Assembly (NCBI GenBank): GCA_036339735.1
Contig: JAYZAL010000038.1
Location: 92,076-156,075 of the forward strand
Reading direction: 5' to 3'
From: Candidatus Poribacteria bacterium
Lineage (GTDB): Bacteria > Poribacteria > WGA-4E > UBA9662
Length of the DNA stretch: 64,000 nucleotides
The notes below the pieces were generated by a model that did no database searches, was not told where the DNA came from, and was given only the letters and a program-made list of their open reading frames with translations. Made by a program: the position numbers and the translations under genes. Positions 40,481-50,538 of the stretch are shown here, one piece after another. How positions within the stretch are numbered: the stretch's first letter is position 1; the number at the start of each line of letters is the position of its first letter.

Positions 40481-41299
40481 TCAGATATATTTTTCAACAA
40501 CTGACTGAATTTCGGCTAAACTGTCCCACTCACTACCAGCACTATCGAAAATCAGTGAATAGGGACCGCAAAAGTTGGATTTTCTAGTCAATTCTAAACA
40601 CTGATCAAAGTCAAACTGTTCCATTTGACCAACTTCAGGGTAATTAGCTTTCGCGTGTACGGAGGTCGCGTAGGGTAAAATTGCTGCTAGCTCTTTGTAT
40701 TTTTCATCACCACGAAAATTACCAAAATCAACACATAGACCAATATTCTCTTGGCATTGCTCTAAGATAGCCAAAACCGTATCAGCGCGCTTAGTTAATT
40801 TGTGAAAATTCTCAGTTATAACGTTCACTGACCTTTGATGAGCATAGATACTGAGTCGATCCAGATTCTGGGCGCTTTGTCGAGTAACTGGATGTTGAAC
40901 GGGATCTTCGAGGCCAATATCAGTCATACCAGCAATCACCCGAACACAACTGGCCCCACACTTACTAGCAATGTCAATCCAGTTTTCTATGTTTTCTAGT
41001 TCTTGTAAACACTGATCATCATCTGGATGTGTAATATCCCAGTCATCAATCAAAATGCTGTATAATTCAACGCCTGCTTGGTCTAAGGAGACACCTAGTT
41101 GATGAATGTAGTCGTCATCAATGCGAGGAAAATGGAAGTGACAAATCTCAAGTGTTTTTATCCCTTTTTCAGCAATTCGGTACGGCAAATCGAGCAGAGA
41201 AATATCACCAGACTCTGATTCACGGTCATCAAGTTTATGAAAAATAGACCCAAGGGCACGGTGGAGGCTCCAAGAAGAAATAGACAACCTAGATGACAT
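40481..41299 (-). CDS. Sugar phosphate isomerase/epimerase TIM barrel
   Basis: SSWSLH, ITENFH, DFGNF, VHAK. Confidence 0.8.
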   Translation of the reverse strand: MSSRLSISSWSLHRALGSIFHKLDDRESESGDISLLDLPYRIAEKGIKTLEICHFHFPRIDDDYIHQLGVSLDQAGVELYSILIDDWDITHPDDDQCLQELENIENWIDIASKCGASCVRVIAGMTDIGLEDPVQHPVTRQSAQNLDRLSIYAHQRSVNVITENFHKLTKRADTVLAILEQCQENIGLCVDFGNFRGDEKYKELAAILPYATSVHAKANYPEVGQMEQFDFDQCLELTRKSNFCGPYSLIFDSAGSEWDSLAEIQSVVEKYI

Positions 41300-41335
41300 A
41301 AAACTCTCCTCTTAACTCTTTTCTGATTAATAAAA

Positions 41336-42424
41336 TTATGGAATTAGCTGAACTTTAATTGAATCGGCACCTTTTTTGACCATTTCGAAAGCACTCTTAT
41401 AATCCGGTAAGTTAAATTGATGGGTAGCGATCTTACTAACATCAATTAGCCCACGGTCAATGTAATCAATCGCTAAGGGATAACTATGAGGGCCAAGGTG
41501 TGCGCCGTGGATATTTAATTCTTTAGTGTCTCCAATAATGGTCCAATCGACAGTGACTGGCTCTTTCATAACACTGAACTCCACAAATGTACCAGCTTTC
41601 CGAATCATATGTAAACCTTGTTCTACTGCGCTTGGATGGCCAGTAGCTTCGATGTAGACATCGCAACCGTAACCGTCAGTCATCTCCAAAACCTTTGCTA
41701 CTACATCAGTTCTCATAGGATTCAGAACGACGTCAGCACCCAAATTTTTAGCGACATTTAGTCGTTGATCGACTAGGTCAATTGAAATAAGCTGTCTCGG
41801 ATTTTTTAACCGTGCCGCACCAATCATTCCCAGTCCGAGTGTTCCTGCACCAGCAACAACAACAATATCACCAAATTCGATTTCGCCCCTTTTCACAGCG
41901 TGGATGGAACAAGACAAGGGCTCGACCAAGGCTGCATGTATCGGTGGTATGCGATCAGGCACTTTGTGAACCAAGGATTGAGCTGGAAATTTCATATACT
42001 CTGCCATCCCACCTTGTACTATTTTTTGAAAACCGAAAATGTGATGGACTTGACACAACCAGTATTTCCCAGTTCGGCAATAACGACAATCCCAACACGG
42101 AACGATCTGTTCAGCAATTGCAACATCATCAATCTGTAAACTGTGTTTTTCAGCAGCGCCCTCACCCAAGCTAACAACACGACCTATAAATTCATGGCCT
42201 GCTACGACCGGTCCATCAACGTACGGTTGTCGGCGTTCGTCCCCCCAAAATAGTGGAGCACCCGTATAACACTTTATGTCACTGGCACAAATGCCACAGG
42301 CTTGAACTTGAATAACAACTTCGCCGGGGTTAGGCTTCGGTACAGGTAATTCCTCTAATCTATAATCATAAGGAGCATGACAAACCACTGCCAGCATGCT
42401 TTTTGGTAACTCTGGTCCACTCAT
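41336..42424 (-). CDS. Zn-dependent polyol dehydrogenase (erythritol/threitol dehydrogenase-like)
   Basis: GICASD, GHE, CxxCxxC-x7-C, EPLSC, GAGTLG. Confidence 0.88.
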   Translation of the reverse strand: MSGPELPKSMLAVVCHAPYDYRLEELPVPKPNPGEVVIQVQACGICASDIKCYTGAPLFWGDERRQPYVDGPVVAGHEFIGRVVSLGEGAAEKHSLQIDDVAIAEQIVPCWDCRYCRTGKYWLCQVHHIFGFQKIVQGGMAEYMKFPAQSLVHKVPDRIPPIHAALVEPLSCSIHAVKRGEIEFGDIVVVAGAGTLGLGMIGAARLKNPRQLISIDLVDQRLNVAKNLGADVVLNPMRTDVVAKVLEMTDGYGCDVYIEATGHPSAVEQGLHMIRKAGTFVEFSVMKEPVTVDWTIIGDTKELNIHGAHLGPHSYPLAIDYIDRGLIDVSKIATHQFNLPDYKSAFEMVKKGADSIKVQLIP

Positions 42425-42450
42425 ATCTGTTCTCTCTAGTATCCGCTCAT

Positions 42451-43329
42451 CTATTGTGGGAAGTCAGCTGCATCTTCACAGTCGAGAAGATCAAGGAAAG
42501 TAGTCAAATCCATTCGATTAACAGTTCGGCAACGTTGATCGAATATTTGCTGTACTTCAGAATTCCAAGGGCCGCGCAATCTACGATCCTGATTCCATTC
42601 AGCTACTTCTTGCTGACTTTTACTAATTCGACTTCGTAACCAAGATATTAAATTTAACCAGTTACTATGCTGAGCTACCCCGTCGAGTAATTCGACTTGG
42701 TTGATATCAATAAAATCCATTATTCCAATATCTAAACCAGATGCATTACCAAACTTATAGTTTCCCAGTTTACCAGTCAGAACGCTTTTTGCCTTGCTGA
42801 TTAATCTTCCAAGGCAACAAATCCCCAAAACAGCTCCGGAATGAGAGCTGATTGGTGGCATAAGTGTTAAATCAGACGGAATTCCAAACTCGTGGGCGTC
42901 TTCAGCATCCAGCATGTCAGGTAAGGTTTGGATTTCCGGTTGGCCTACAACCTGGCGACGGAATTCAAAATTTTGACGGTAGGATTCACCCGATGGTTTT
43001 TTATTTCGCTCATTAAGATTAAAATCTTTAATTTTTTTCAAGCTGAGATCGGTTTGGGCACGCAACTTACTTGAAACAGAAGAATTATTGATTCGACATC
43101 CAGTGAAACTGTTGTGTAAAGCATTTTTAACTATATTCAAAAATTCTTTTTCTGTTAATCCCAAAGCAGATAATGTCCTACAATCACGATTAGAATTCGA
43201 ACCAAACTTATATTGTCCAATACTATCGCTCAATTGAGCTACGGCTTTATCCGTCATTCGTGCTAAGTTCATCATGCCAAAAATGCCAACGTTATATGGG
43301 CTGCGGGGGGCTCGTTTTACCAAATCCAT
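42451..43329 (-). CDS. Two-repeat DUF5069-like protein
   Basis: MDLVKRAPRSPY...ARMTDKA...YKFG and DLTLMPPISSH...GRLISKA...YKFG. Paralog of the gene at 1-997. Confidence 0.75.
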   Translation of the reverse strand: MDLVKRAPRSPYNVGIFGMMNLARMTDKAVAQLSDSIGQYKFGSNSNRDCRTLSALGLTEKEFLNIVKNALHNSFTGCRINNSSVSSKLRAQTDLSLKKIKDFNLNERNKKPSGESYRQNFEFRRQVVGQPEIQTLPDMLDAEDAHEFGIPSDLTLMPPISSHSGAVLGICCLGRLISKAKSVLTGKLGNYKFGNASGLDIGIMDFIDINQVELLDGVAQHSNWLNLISWLRSRISKSQQEVAEWNQDRRLRGPWNSEVQQIFDQRCRTVNRMDLTTFLDLLDCEDAADFPQ

Positions 43330-43878
43330 ATATTATAAGCATCCATTTACTATAAGCTGTCGAAGATAAACTGAATCGTTAGCTACTAAAGTGCTAGCCG
43401 ATTGTGAAGAAAAAACCGTCCCTACCACTCAAGAATCCATTTTGTAATAGAACTCAAATTGGTAGAAACGTAAAATAACCATTTTTTCATCTGTCAAGTA
43501 GCCTCGTCGTAGGGTTCTAAGATTTACTTTGTACAGGCAACCCCCTAAAAATCCAATTGCTAATTCAGTACATTCTACAGATAGTTTAGAATGACTAAGA
43601 TCTTATTGAACTCCTACTTGATTAGGGGTACTTACCTAGATTTTTAAACAGGATCTAATATTGACCTCTGGTATATTATCACTGCGATTTTGTATTCTGC
43701 TTGTCACTCCGTTCTTTTTTAGCAAAAACTGTAACGTGCCTAAATTTCGCATAGCAATTTTCAACATTTTTGAGGGCGTTGTCTCTCACAATATACTAGC
43801 TATCGGTCAGTATCATCTTGCCCCTAATTTCATTAACAGCTTCCAGTAACTTCTCATTTTCGTTTTAGATTCCCGTAA

Positions 43879-43981
43879 TGCTATAATGATTCCTTCAAGC
43901 TCCGGCCTGTAAACTACTTAGTTATAGGCGACCCTAATGGGGTTATCCGATGAACTACAGGCAGGTTAGGTCGACAAGAGC
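43879..43981 (+). ncRNA. Candidate structured RNA behind an extended -10 promoter
   Basis: TGCTATAAT at 43879-43887. Stems GCTC/GAGC and GCCTGTA/TACAGGC with inner AACT/AGTT and ACCC/GGGT hairpins. No ORF and no family recognised. Confidence 0.3.
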
Positions 43982-44351
43982 AATCAACACTATAAAAGCC
44001 CAAATCCTTAGTGTTTTTGCTAATTCCGACAGAGGCAACCTTTGACATCATTTACAAAAACCGATCAACTCTTACAATTGTGATGAGTCTATTTACATAG
44101 CATACGTATGATTCATACTAAAACACAAACCAACAAAAGTCAACATCGCTAGATTGGTTTCGGCTTATCACGGTAAGATTAGCAAAATTTGCTACTTTTT
44201 GATACGAAAATCATAAAAGTTGATTTAAATTAAGTAGGTAGTCTTTGAGAAATCTGAGTTCAAAATCTTCAAGGAACGATTACTTGCAATCACCTGTTCT
44301 GCCTTTATTCATTTGTTTTTTTATTCTTTAACTTCAGCTGCCAATTTAACA

Positions 44352-44380
44352 TTGTCGGTTATTAAGAGCAGTGTTATAAT
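44352..44380 (+). promoter_or_regulatory. Sigma70-type promoter of hisA
   Basis: TTGTCG-17 nt-TATAAT with extended TG. Confidence 0.6.
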
Positions 44381-44409
44381 TCTCCCTTTCCTAGGAGATT
44401 AGAACAAAA

Positions 44410-45147
44410 ATGCGGATTTTCCCAGCCATTGATCTTCGCAATGGCAAATGTGTCAACCTTATTCAAGGGCGAGCTGACGCCGAAACAATTTTCTCTGAAG
44501 ATCCAATTTCAGTGGCCGAATCATGGGCTGATCAAGGGGCTGAGTATTTACACTTAGTTGATTTGGATGGTGCTTTTGAGGGAGATTCAGCTAATCTTTC
44601 AATCGTAAAAGAAATTGTACAGCGTATTTCTATACCAACTCAACTGGGAGGTGGTATCCGAGATATGGAGCGGATTGAACATATACTAGGCTTAGGTGTT
44701 AGTCGACTAATTTTAGGGACTGCTGCTCTTAGGAATTGGGAATTGGTCCAAGATGCAGCCACCAAGTACCCAAAACAGATCGTAGTTGGAATTGATGCCA
44801 CCAACGGTCTAGTTGCCACAGAAGGATGGGTAAATATTTCTGAACGACAAGCTACTGAATTCGCTAGGGAAATGACGTCTCTGGGAGTTGAAACAATCAT
44901 TTACACGGACATTACAAGCGACGGGATGTTGGCAGGACCGAATGTCGAGGCAACAGCCGAAATCATTACATCCTTAGATTCGTCAATTGAGGTAGTTGCA
45001 TCAGGTGGTGTAACTACGCTTGATGACTTGAAGAACTTGAAAGCTATCGGGTCGGCTGGAGCAATTATTGGGCGTGCTCTATATACTCAACAACTAGACT
45101 TACAATTAGCAATCAATACCGTACGTAACTCTATTCGTCTGCCCTAA
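44410..45147 (+). CDS. hisA: ProFAR isomerase
   Basis: PAIDL, HLVDLDGA, GGGIR, TDI...DG, ASGGV, GRALY. Confidence 0.96.
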   Translation: MRIFPAIDLRNGKCVNLIQGRADAETIFSEDPISVAESWADQGAEYLHLVDLDGAFEGDSANLSIVKEIVQRISIPTQLGGGIRDMERIEHILGLGVSRLILGTAALRNWELVQDAATKYPKQIVVGIDATNGLVATEGWVNISERQATEFAREMTSLGVETIIYTDITSDGMLAGPNVEATAEIITSLDSSIEVVASGGVTTLDDLKNLKAIGSAGAIIGRALYTQQLDLQLAINTVRNSIRLP

Positions 45148-45583
45148 TCCAACTGACCACGTCCATACCTTCGCCAGCCCCTCCCTCAATACCATCACTA
45201 CCAAGGGACACTAAATCATAGCCATTCGGGTCTCGAAAACCAGGTCTGGCGTAGAAGTATGGGTTATCCCACGGGTCATTAACAATCGGATCGTCCAAAT
45301 AAGGCCCTTTCCAGTTAATAGGTAAAGGCGCGACCTCAGGGCTCTCCCATAAAGCGACAAGCCCTTGCTCGGTAGAAGGGTAATCTCCGTTATCTTTGGC
45401 ATAAGAATCCAATGCAATTCCAATTTTCTCGATTTCGTTGCTTGCTTGTGCCTGTAGAGCTTTTCCTGATTGGCCTAGCAAACGAGGAGCAAAAATGACT
45501 ACGACAATGACACCAACTACTAAAATGGCGACTAGTGCCTGTGTGGAAGATACCCCCGATTGCCGCCTCCAAAAGTTACTCAA
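45131..45583 (-). CDS. gspG: Type II secretion major pseudopilin-like protein
   Basis: YPSTEQGL, WKGPYL, DPWDNPY, SLGSDG; prepilin site is degenerate. Confidence 0.82.
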   Translation of the reverse strand: MSNFWRRQSGVSSTQALVAILVVGVIVVVIFAPRLLGQSGKALQAQASNEIEKIGIALDSYAKDNGDYPSTEQGLVALWESPEVAPLPINWKGPYLDDPIVNDPWDNPYFYARPGFRDPNGYDLVSLGSDGIEGGAGEGMDVVSWIRADE

Positions 45584-45725
45584 ACTATGCCCCCTAATTC
45601 ATTCTTATAATCAACCAAACCTAACACTCAGACTTGCAAAATCGCTTACCATTTTAGCATAATCACCTTAGTCTGGCAAGCCCCCAACCTCATATTAGTA
45701 GAGGATATAAAAAGACATTTGAAGG

Positions 45726-45754
45726 TTGTATTTTGGGGGTGAAATTGCTATACT
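45726..45754 (+). promoter_or_regulatory. Sigma70-type promoter
   Basis: TTGTAT-17 nt-TATACT with extended TG. Confidence 0.55.
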
Positions 45755-45806
45755 CAGCTCTTGTTTATTACAACACTAACAAATCATACAATTTTGAGGT
45801 AAGAAT

Positions 45807-46844
45807 ATGTCAATGAAAGCACTAGTACTAGAGGAATATAACAAGCTAGTTTACAAAGATGTTCCTATGCCTCAACTTGCATCTGACGAAGTATTGATTT
45901 CAGTCAAGGCTTGTGGTATTTGTGGAAGTGATGTTCATGGACTAGATGGTAGCAGTGGTCGAAGAATTCCACCACTTATTATGGGACATGAAGCCTCTGG
46001 GCAAATTGCTGAAGTAGGTACAGATGTTAGAGATTGGGACGTAGGGGATCGGGTTACATTCGACTCAACCATCTATCGTTTAGATGATTGGTATACCCGA
46101 AAAGGTCTTTATAACCTGAGTGATGGACGAGAGGTTGTTGGGGTGTCCCCGGGTGAGTATCGACGAAACGGTGCATTTGCAGAGTATGTGGCCGTTCCTA
46201 GTCATGTGTTGTATAAAATACCGGATCAAGTCTCCTATACTCAGGCCGCAATGGTAGAACCAGTTGGTGTTGCCCTACACGCTGTCGAAATTACTCCTAT
46301 TACCGTTAACGATACCGCGGTTGTGGTAGGAGCTGGTATGATTGGCTCATTTATTGTTCAAGCACTTAAGGTCGCTGGCTGCGGAAAAGTCGTGATTGTT
46401 GATTTGGAGCAGGATCGTATCGACTTAGCTGTTCGATTGGGTGCAGATTTCGGGTTATTGTCCCACGACAAAGTAACAGAAAATATTCGGGATTTGACCA
46501 ATGGCCGAGGGGCAGACGTTGTTTTTGAAGCTGTAGGTATTGACCCAACTGTGCAAATTGCAATTGATTGTGTCCGTCGTGGAGGTAATGTCACATTGGT
46601 TGGTAATATCGCTTCAGATGTTAATTTACCACTCCAAAAAGTAGTGACACAAGAATTGCGATTGCAAGGTAGCTGTGGTATTTGTGGTGAATATCCAGCG
46701 GCATTAGACTTGATTAATAGCGGCAAGATTAACGTTGATGAGATATTGAGTGCGGAAGTAAACCTAAAAAATGGAGCAGATTGGTTTCGTCGGCTATATC
46801 AAAAAGAGAAAGGCTTGATGAAAGTAGTACTCAAACCAGAATAG
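45807..46844 (+). CDS. Zn-dependent sugar alcohol dehydrogenase (GatD/sorbitol dehydrogenase-like)
   Basis: GICGSD, GHE, GAGMIG. The structural-Zn cysteines are absent. Confidence 0.88.
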   Translation: MSMKALVLEEYNKLVYKDVPMPQLASDEVLISVKACGICGSDVHGLDGSSGRRIPPLIMGHEASGQIAEVGTDVRDWDVGDRVTFDSTIYRLDDWYTRKGLYNLSDGREVVGVSPGEYRRNGAFAEYVAVPSHVLYKIPDQVSYTQAAMVEPVGVALHAVEITPITVNDTAVVVGAGMIGSFIVQALKVAGCGKVVIVDLEQDRIDLAVRLGADFGLLSHDKVTENIRDLTNGRGADVVFEAVGIDPTVQIAIDCVRRGGNVTLVGNIASDVNLPLQKVVTQELRLQGSCGICGEYPAALDLINSGKINVDEILSAEVNLKNGADWFRRLYQKEKGLMKVVLKPE

Positions 46845-46851
46845 ATAAGCA

Positions 46852-49491
46852 TTAAATTTTTTCTTCTAGAACCTGCCTAATTTGCTCAATTCGAACACCA
46901 TCTTGGATTTTGCTGCCGTCACTTTCAGTGATATAAAAAGTATCGATGACAAAAGTCGGTTGCGTAAAAATCTTTGCTATTCGCAGGTCGATCTCTAACC
47001 CAAGTAATACGTCAGTGATAGTAAAAAGCAAGCCCACTCTGTCTCGAGTACGGACTTCCAAAATAGTACATTGATCGGACTCTTCATTGTTGATTTGAAT
47101 ACTAGTCTGATGAAGCCCCGGCTTGCTCCTTTCGGAAACAGGCAACGGTTTAGAGTATGCCTTGTCTAACAATTTATTTACTTCCGATTCTTTACTCCAG
47201 ATTTGATTGAAGATTTTGGCTAATTCAGTACAACGTTGAGCAGAGACCGCTAAGTGTTGCTTACTTTTTGGATCTATCTCGGAAATTGTTAATAAATCAA
47301 CGACAATGTTATCCTTTCGGGTTTCGAGATCAGCACTAAGTATGTTGATGTTCTCGGCGGTCAAGATGCCCGCAATTCGACGAAATAGTCCTATTGAATC
47401 TTGTGTACAAATCCCAATCCGTGTATGCTGTTCGCCCCGTTCTAAACAGACTAGAACAACAGCAAATTCATCCCCTAATTCAGTATATTGTTCAACCAAT
47501 TCAATTTGATTAGCAATAGCTGTTGGATCGTGACTTGTCAAAGTTTCCATTTGTTCAAAATGTGTTCTGATTTTCTCTATCGGTACTTGATAACTTAACT
47601 GCTTATCTACTGACTGCTCTAGCTCAGACAATCCGATTTTTTGGTTATAATTTTTCATGGTTGTCAGTGTCCGTTCATAGAGTTGCCACAGCAAGGTAGC
47701 GTGCCAGTCATTCCAAACAACAGAGTTAACAGCCCGAATATCTGCATAAGTCAACAAATACAACATCTTTAGTTTATTAGTATCACCTGTGAAAATATCA
47801 GCGAAAGATTGAATCACTTTTTCGTCATCTAGATCACGATGGCGTGAGATATAGCTCATGGTTAAGTGTTGCTCAATTAGGAACAGGACTAGCTGGGATT
47901 TGGCTCCTGTAATACCTAAACGGTCTAAGATGATTTTTGACAAATCTACACTCTTTTGATCATGACTCCCTTCATTTTTGAGACCTTTTCCAATATCGTG
48001 GAGCAATACTGATAATCGAAGCAATTCAGGCTGTTCCAATTCATTTAAGAGATCGATAAATACTTGGCCTCCTTTAACCTCAGCGAGTGTGCTGATTTCT
48101 AAGTTTTCAATAGCATAAAAAGTGTGTTCATCAACAGTATATTGATGAAAACCATCGAGCTGAAACTGAGCTCTCAAATGCGAAAATTCGGGCAAATAAG
48201 CTTCGAGGATTTTCCAACGGTGCATTCTTCTAAGTGTACGGGCCACATTATTGGGTTTAGCTAAAATGGCCAAAAAATACCCGGCAATTTTCGAAGAACA
48301 GCGAAAATGATCATCAATTTGGTCTAAGCTATTGGCAAGACTATAGCGGACCTCTGCACTAACACGACAGTTAGTCTGTTGACGATGCATAAACAGTTTG
48401 AAAATACGTTCTGGTTCTTGGCTAAAGTCTGATTTTCCTTTTTCAAATACGATTTCATTACGAACGGTTCGAAACCCATCAGCTAATTTTTGTCTTCGAA
48501 ATACATCAAAGATTGTAGATAAACTTGGATGTCCATAGCTCACTCGATCAATAATTAGTTTAGCAAACTCGAAGATATTTTCTGCATGCAAAAAATAATC
48601 CTGTAGTAATTGTTCTTCAGAAAAACTATTACTTTTATCCTTATAGCCTAGATTTTTTGCGGTAGTCTCTTGCATTTCAAACGATAATATATCATTACAC
48701 CTTTTGCTAAGCAGATGAAGTTCATTACGTACTCTAAGCATAAAATCGACTGCTGTGATAGTCGGTCTGTAAACAGCGGATGGAATCAATTGTTTACGGT
48801 GTAAGTCTTCAATACTTTTTGAACCATATTGAACAGTTGAAATCCAGATAGCTGTGTGAAAATCACGCAGTCCACCAACGCCTTCTTTCAGATTAGGCTC
48901 TTGTAAATAAATAGTTGAACCATAGGATTCGTGTCGGTTATTCCAGTCCTGTATTTTCTGTGAAATAAAACGTCCGACTTGACGCTTAAACAATGGTTTG
49001 GAAGTGACTCGGAGATAGTGTCGATAAACGTCTTCTTTACCAATAACGAATCTTGCCTCTAGCATTGAGGTCTTTGAAAATAAATCTTCTTGTGTAACTT
49101 TGACACAGTCTCTTACTGAACGACAACTGTGACCGACATCAAATCCAGTATCCCACAAAACCGTAACCAACATTGAAGAGAATTCTTCTAATTGACCAAG
49201 ATCAGCAGAGGAATCATAAACTAACATTATGTCAATATCAGAATGGCGGTTTAGCTCTTCTCGCCCGTACCCACCTACAGCCAAAATTGCCATCGGGAAT
49301 TCCGGCGGCAGAACCTCCATCTGCTCGGCTTGTCGAACGATGCGAAAGATGACATTATCAGCTAAACGAGTGTATTCGGATACAATTTCACGACTACTTA
49401 CACCAAACCGATGTCTTTCTTGAATACGCTCATATTCTTTTTCGCAAAAAGACTGAATTTCTGAAACCAGATTAGTATTTGAAGTAATCAT
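46852..49491 (-). CDS. glnD: [Protein-PII] uridylyltransferase/uridylyl-removing enzyme
   Basis: GGYGR...SDID, EPNLKEGVGGLRD, HQYTVDEH, LHDIGKG, two ACT domains (DRVGLL). Confidence 0.95.
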   Translation of the reverse strand: MITSNTNLVSEIQSFCEKEYERIQERHRFGVSSREIVSEYTRLADNVIFRIVRQAEQMEVLPPEFPMAILAVGGYGREELNRHSDIDIMLVYDSSADLGQLEEFSSMLVTVLWDTGFDVGHSCRSVRDCVKVTQEDLFSKTSMLEARFVIGKEDVYRHYLRVTSKPLFKRQVGRFISQKIQDWNNRHESYGSTIYLQEPNLKEGVGGLRDFHTAIWISTVQYGSKSIEDLHRKQLIPSAVYRPTITAVDFMLRVRNELHLLSKRCNDILSFEMQETTAKNLGYKDKSNSFSEEQLLQDYFLHAENIFEFAKLIIDRVSYGHPSLSTIFDVFRRQKLADGFRTVRNEIVFEKGKSDFSQEPERIFKLFMHRQQTNCRVSAEVRYSLANSLDQIDDHFRCSSKIAGYFLAILAKPNNVARTLRRMHRWKILEAYLPEFSHLRAQFQLDGFHQYTVDEHTFYAIENLEISTLAEVKGGQVFIDLLNELEQPELLRLSVLLHDIGKGLKNEGSHDQKSVDLSKIILDRLGITGAKSQLVLFLIEQHLTMSYISRHRDLDDEKVIQSFADIFTGDTNKLKMLYLLTYADIRAVNSVVWNDWHATLLWQLYERTLTTMKNYNQKIGLSELEQSVDKQLSYQVPIEKIRTHFEQMETLTSHDPTAIANQIELVEQYTELGDEFAVVLVCLERGEQHTRIGICTQDSIGLFRRIAGILTAENINILSADLETRKDNIVVDLLTISEIDPKSKQHLAVSAQRCTELAKIFNQIWSKESEVNKLLDKAYSKPLPVSERSKPGLHQTSIQINNEESDQCTILEVRTRDRVGLLFTITDVLLGLEIDLRIAKIFTQPTFVIDTFYITESDGSKIQDGVRIEQIRQVLEEKI

Positions 49492-50147
49492 TGTCGCGTC
49501 GTCCAGAAAATAGCGTTAGCTAACATTTGCAAGAAAGACGTAATGTGAAAGTCATCCTGATGACCTAGTGAAGTATAGAAGACTCGGCTAACATTTTCAC
49601 CAACTTGTCTTTCACGAATCCAAGTAACCGGCTGACAATGTCCCTGATTAGTTTTAGCTGTCATTAGAGTAGTAGTATCTGCAGCATTGGACGGATTTTT
49701 ATACAAACTGCCGAAGGCCTCAAAATTAGAAATACCTTCCAAAATCGAATGTCCCATTTGGCTTTCCACAATCTCAACCTGAGAAATTGGCCCGTGTCCA
49801 AAGTGGCCTTGGTAACTGCCACCTAGAACGTGAGTATCGAAGTCCAGCCAATTTTCATAAGCATGACTAGCAGTCCTAATACCGACAATCGGTTTTCCCG
49901 TTTGGCAATACTTCTGAAGTCGTTCTAAATTTTTACCGCTAATGCGAATCCTTCGAGTGAAAATCATTATTACATCCGTTGATTCCAGTATTCTTAAGGA
50001 TGGATTATCATCCTCATCCTGATAGATAATCAACTCAGTTTCGATCAAAGGATAATTCTCAGCTAGGTATTTCTGAAAAATCTTTAATGACTTTCTAGAA
50101 TCATATTCAAAAGACCCTGAAATCATACACACATTCAATTTTTTCAT
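49488..50147 (-). CDS. ThuA-like (class I GATase-like) domain protein
   Basis: VGIRTASHA, LGGSYQGH, PVTW, RVFYTSLGH. Confidence 0.8.
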   Translation of the reverse strand: MKKLNVCMISGSFEYDSRKSLKIFQKYLAENYPLIETELIIYQDEDDNPSLRILESTDVIMIFTRRIRISGKNLERLQKYCQTGKPIVGIRTASHAYENWLDFDTHVLGGSYQGHFGHGPISQVEIVESQMGHSILEGISNFEAFGSLYKNPSNAADTTTLMTAKTNQGHCQPVTWIRERQVGENVSRVFYTSLGHQDDFHITSFLQMLANAIFWTTRQ

Positions 50148-50538
50148 TTCTGGTTAACTATTTTCCTTTTTGGTACAGTTTAAATGTTGTTTTTAAACGA
50201 TGAGTACTGTGGATATTGATTGCCAAAACGAAAAACATAAAGATAGTCAGATATCTATAAAATCAAATACCTGCCAAAAAAACCTTCTGAAATGGAATTA
50301 ATCCGTACTAGTGTGGGAACGTCTAACCTACTTTTTAAGGCAACCATATAACTTTTCGAACTCTTGTAGAACGGCAACAATTTACTTAGGTGACAATCTA
50401 TTTTCCTATTTTCTGTATAGAATATGTAATAACAAAACGATCAGTTGTCAACTTTCAGATCAAGAACCACGTTGTCAATTTCGGTTAGTATATACCAAAA
50501 TACCAAACCATAATAAGCCTTTTCGGATTAGTGAACAA

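Noticed and set aside
43901-43965. tRNA-like start on the minus strand (GCCTGTAGTTCATCGGATA)
   Set aside because: Only about 62 nt between the acceptor halves, no D-stem partner and no GTTCGA T-loop, so not a tRNA.
50311-50538. Upstream extension of the lipoprotein ORF
   Set aside because: ATG 50539 gives a proper signal peptide and lipobox; the extension looks like intergenic sequence.
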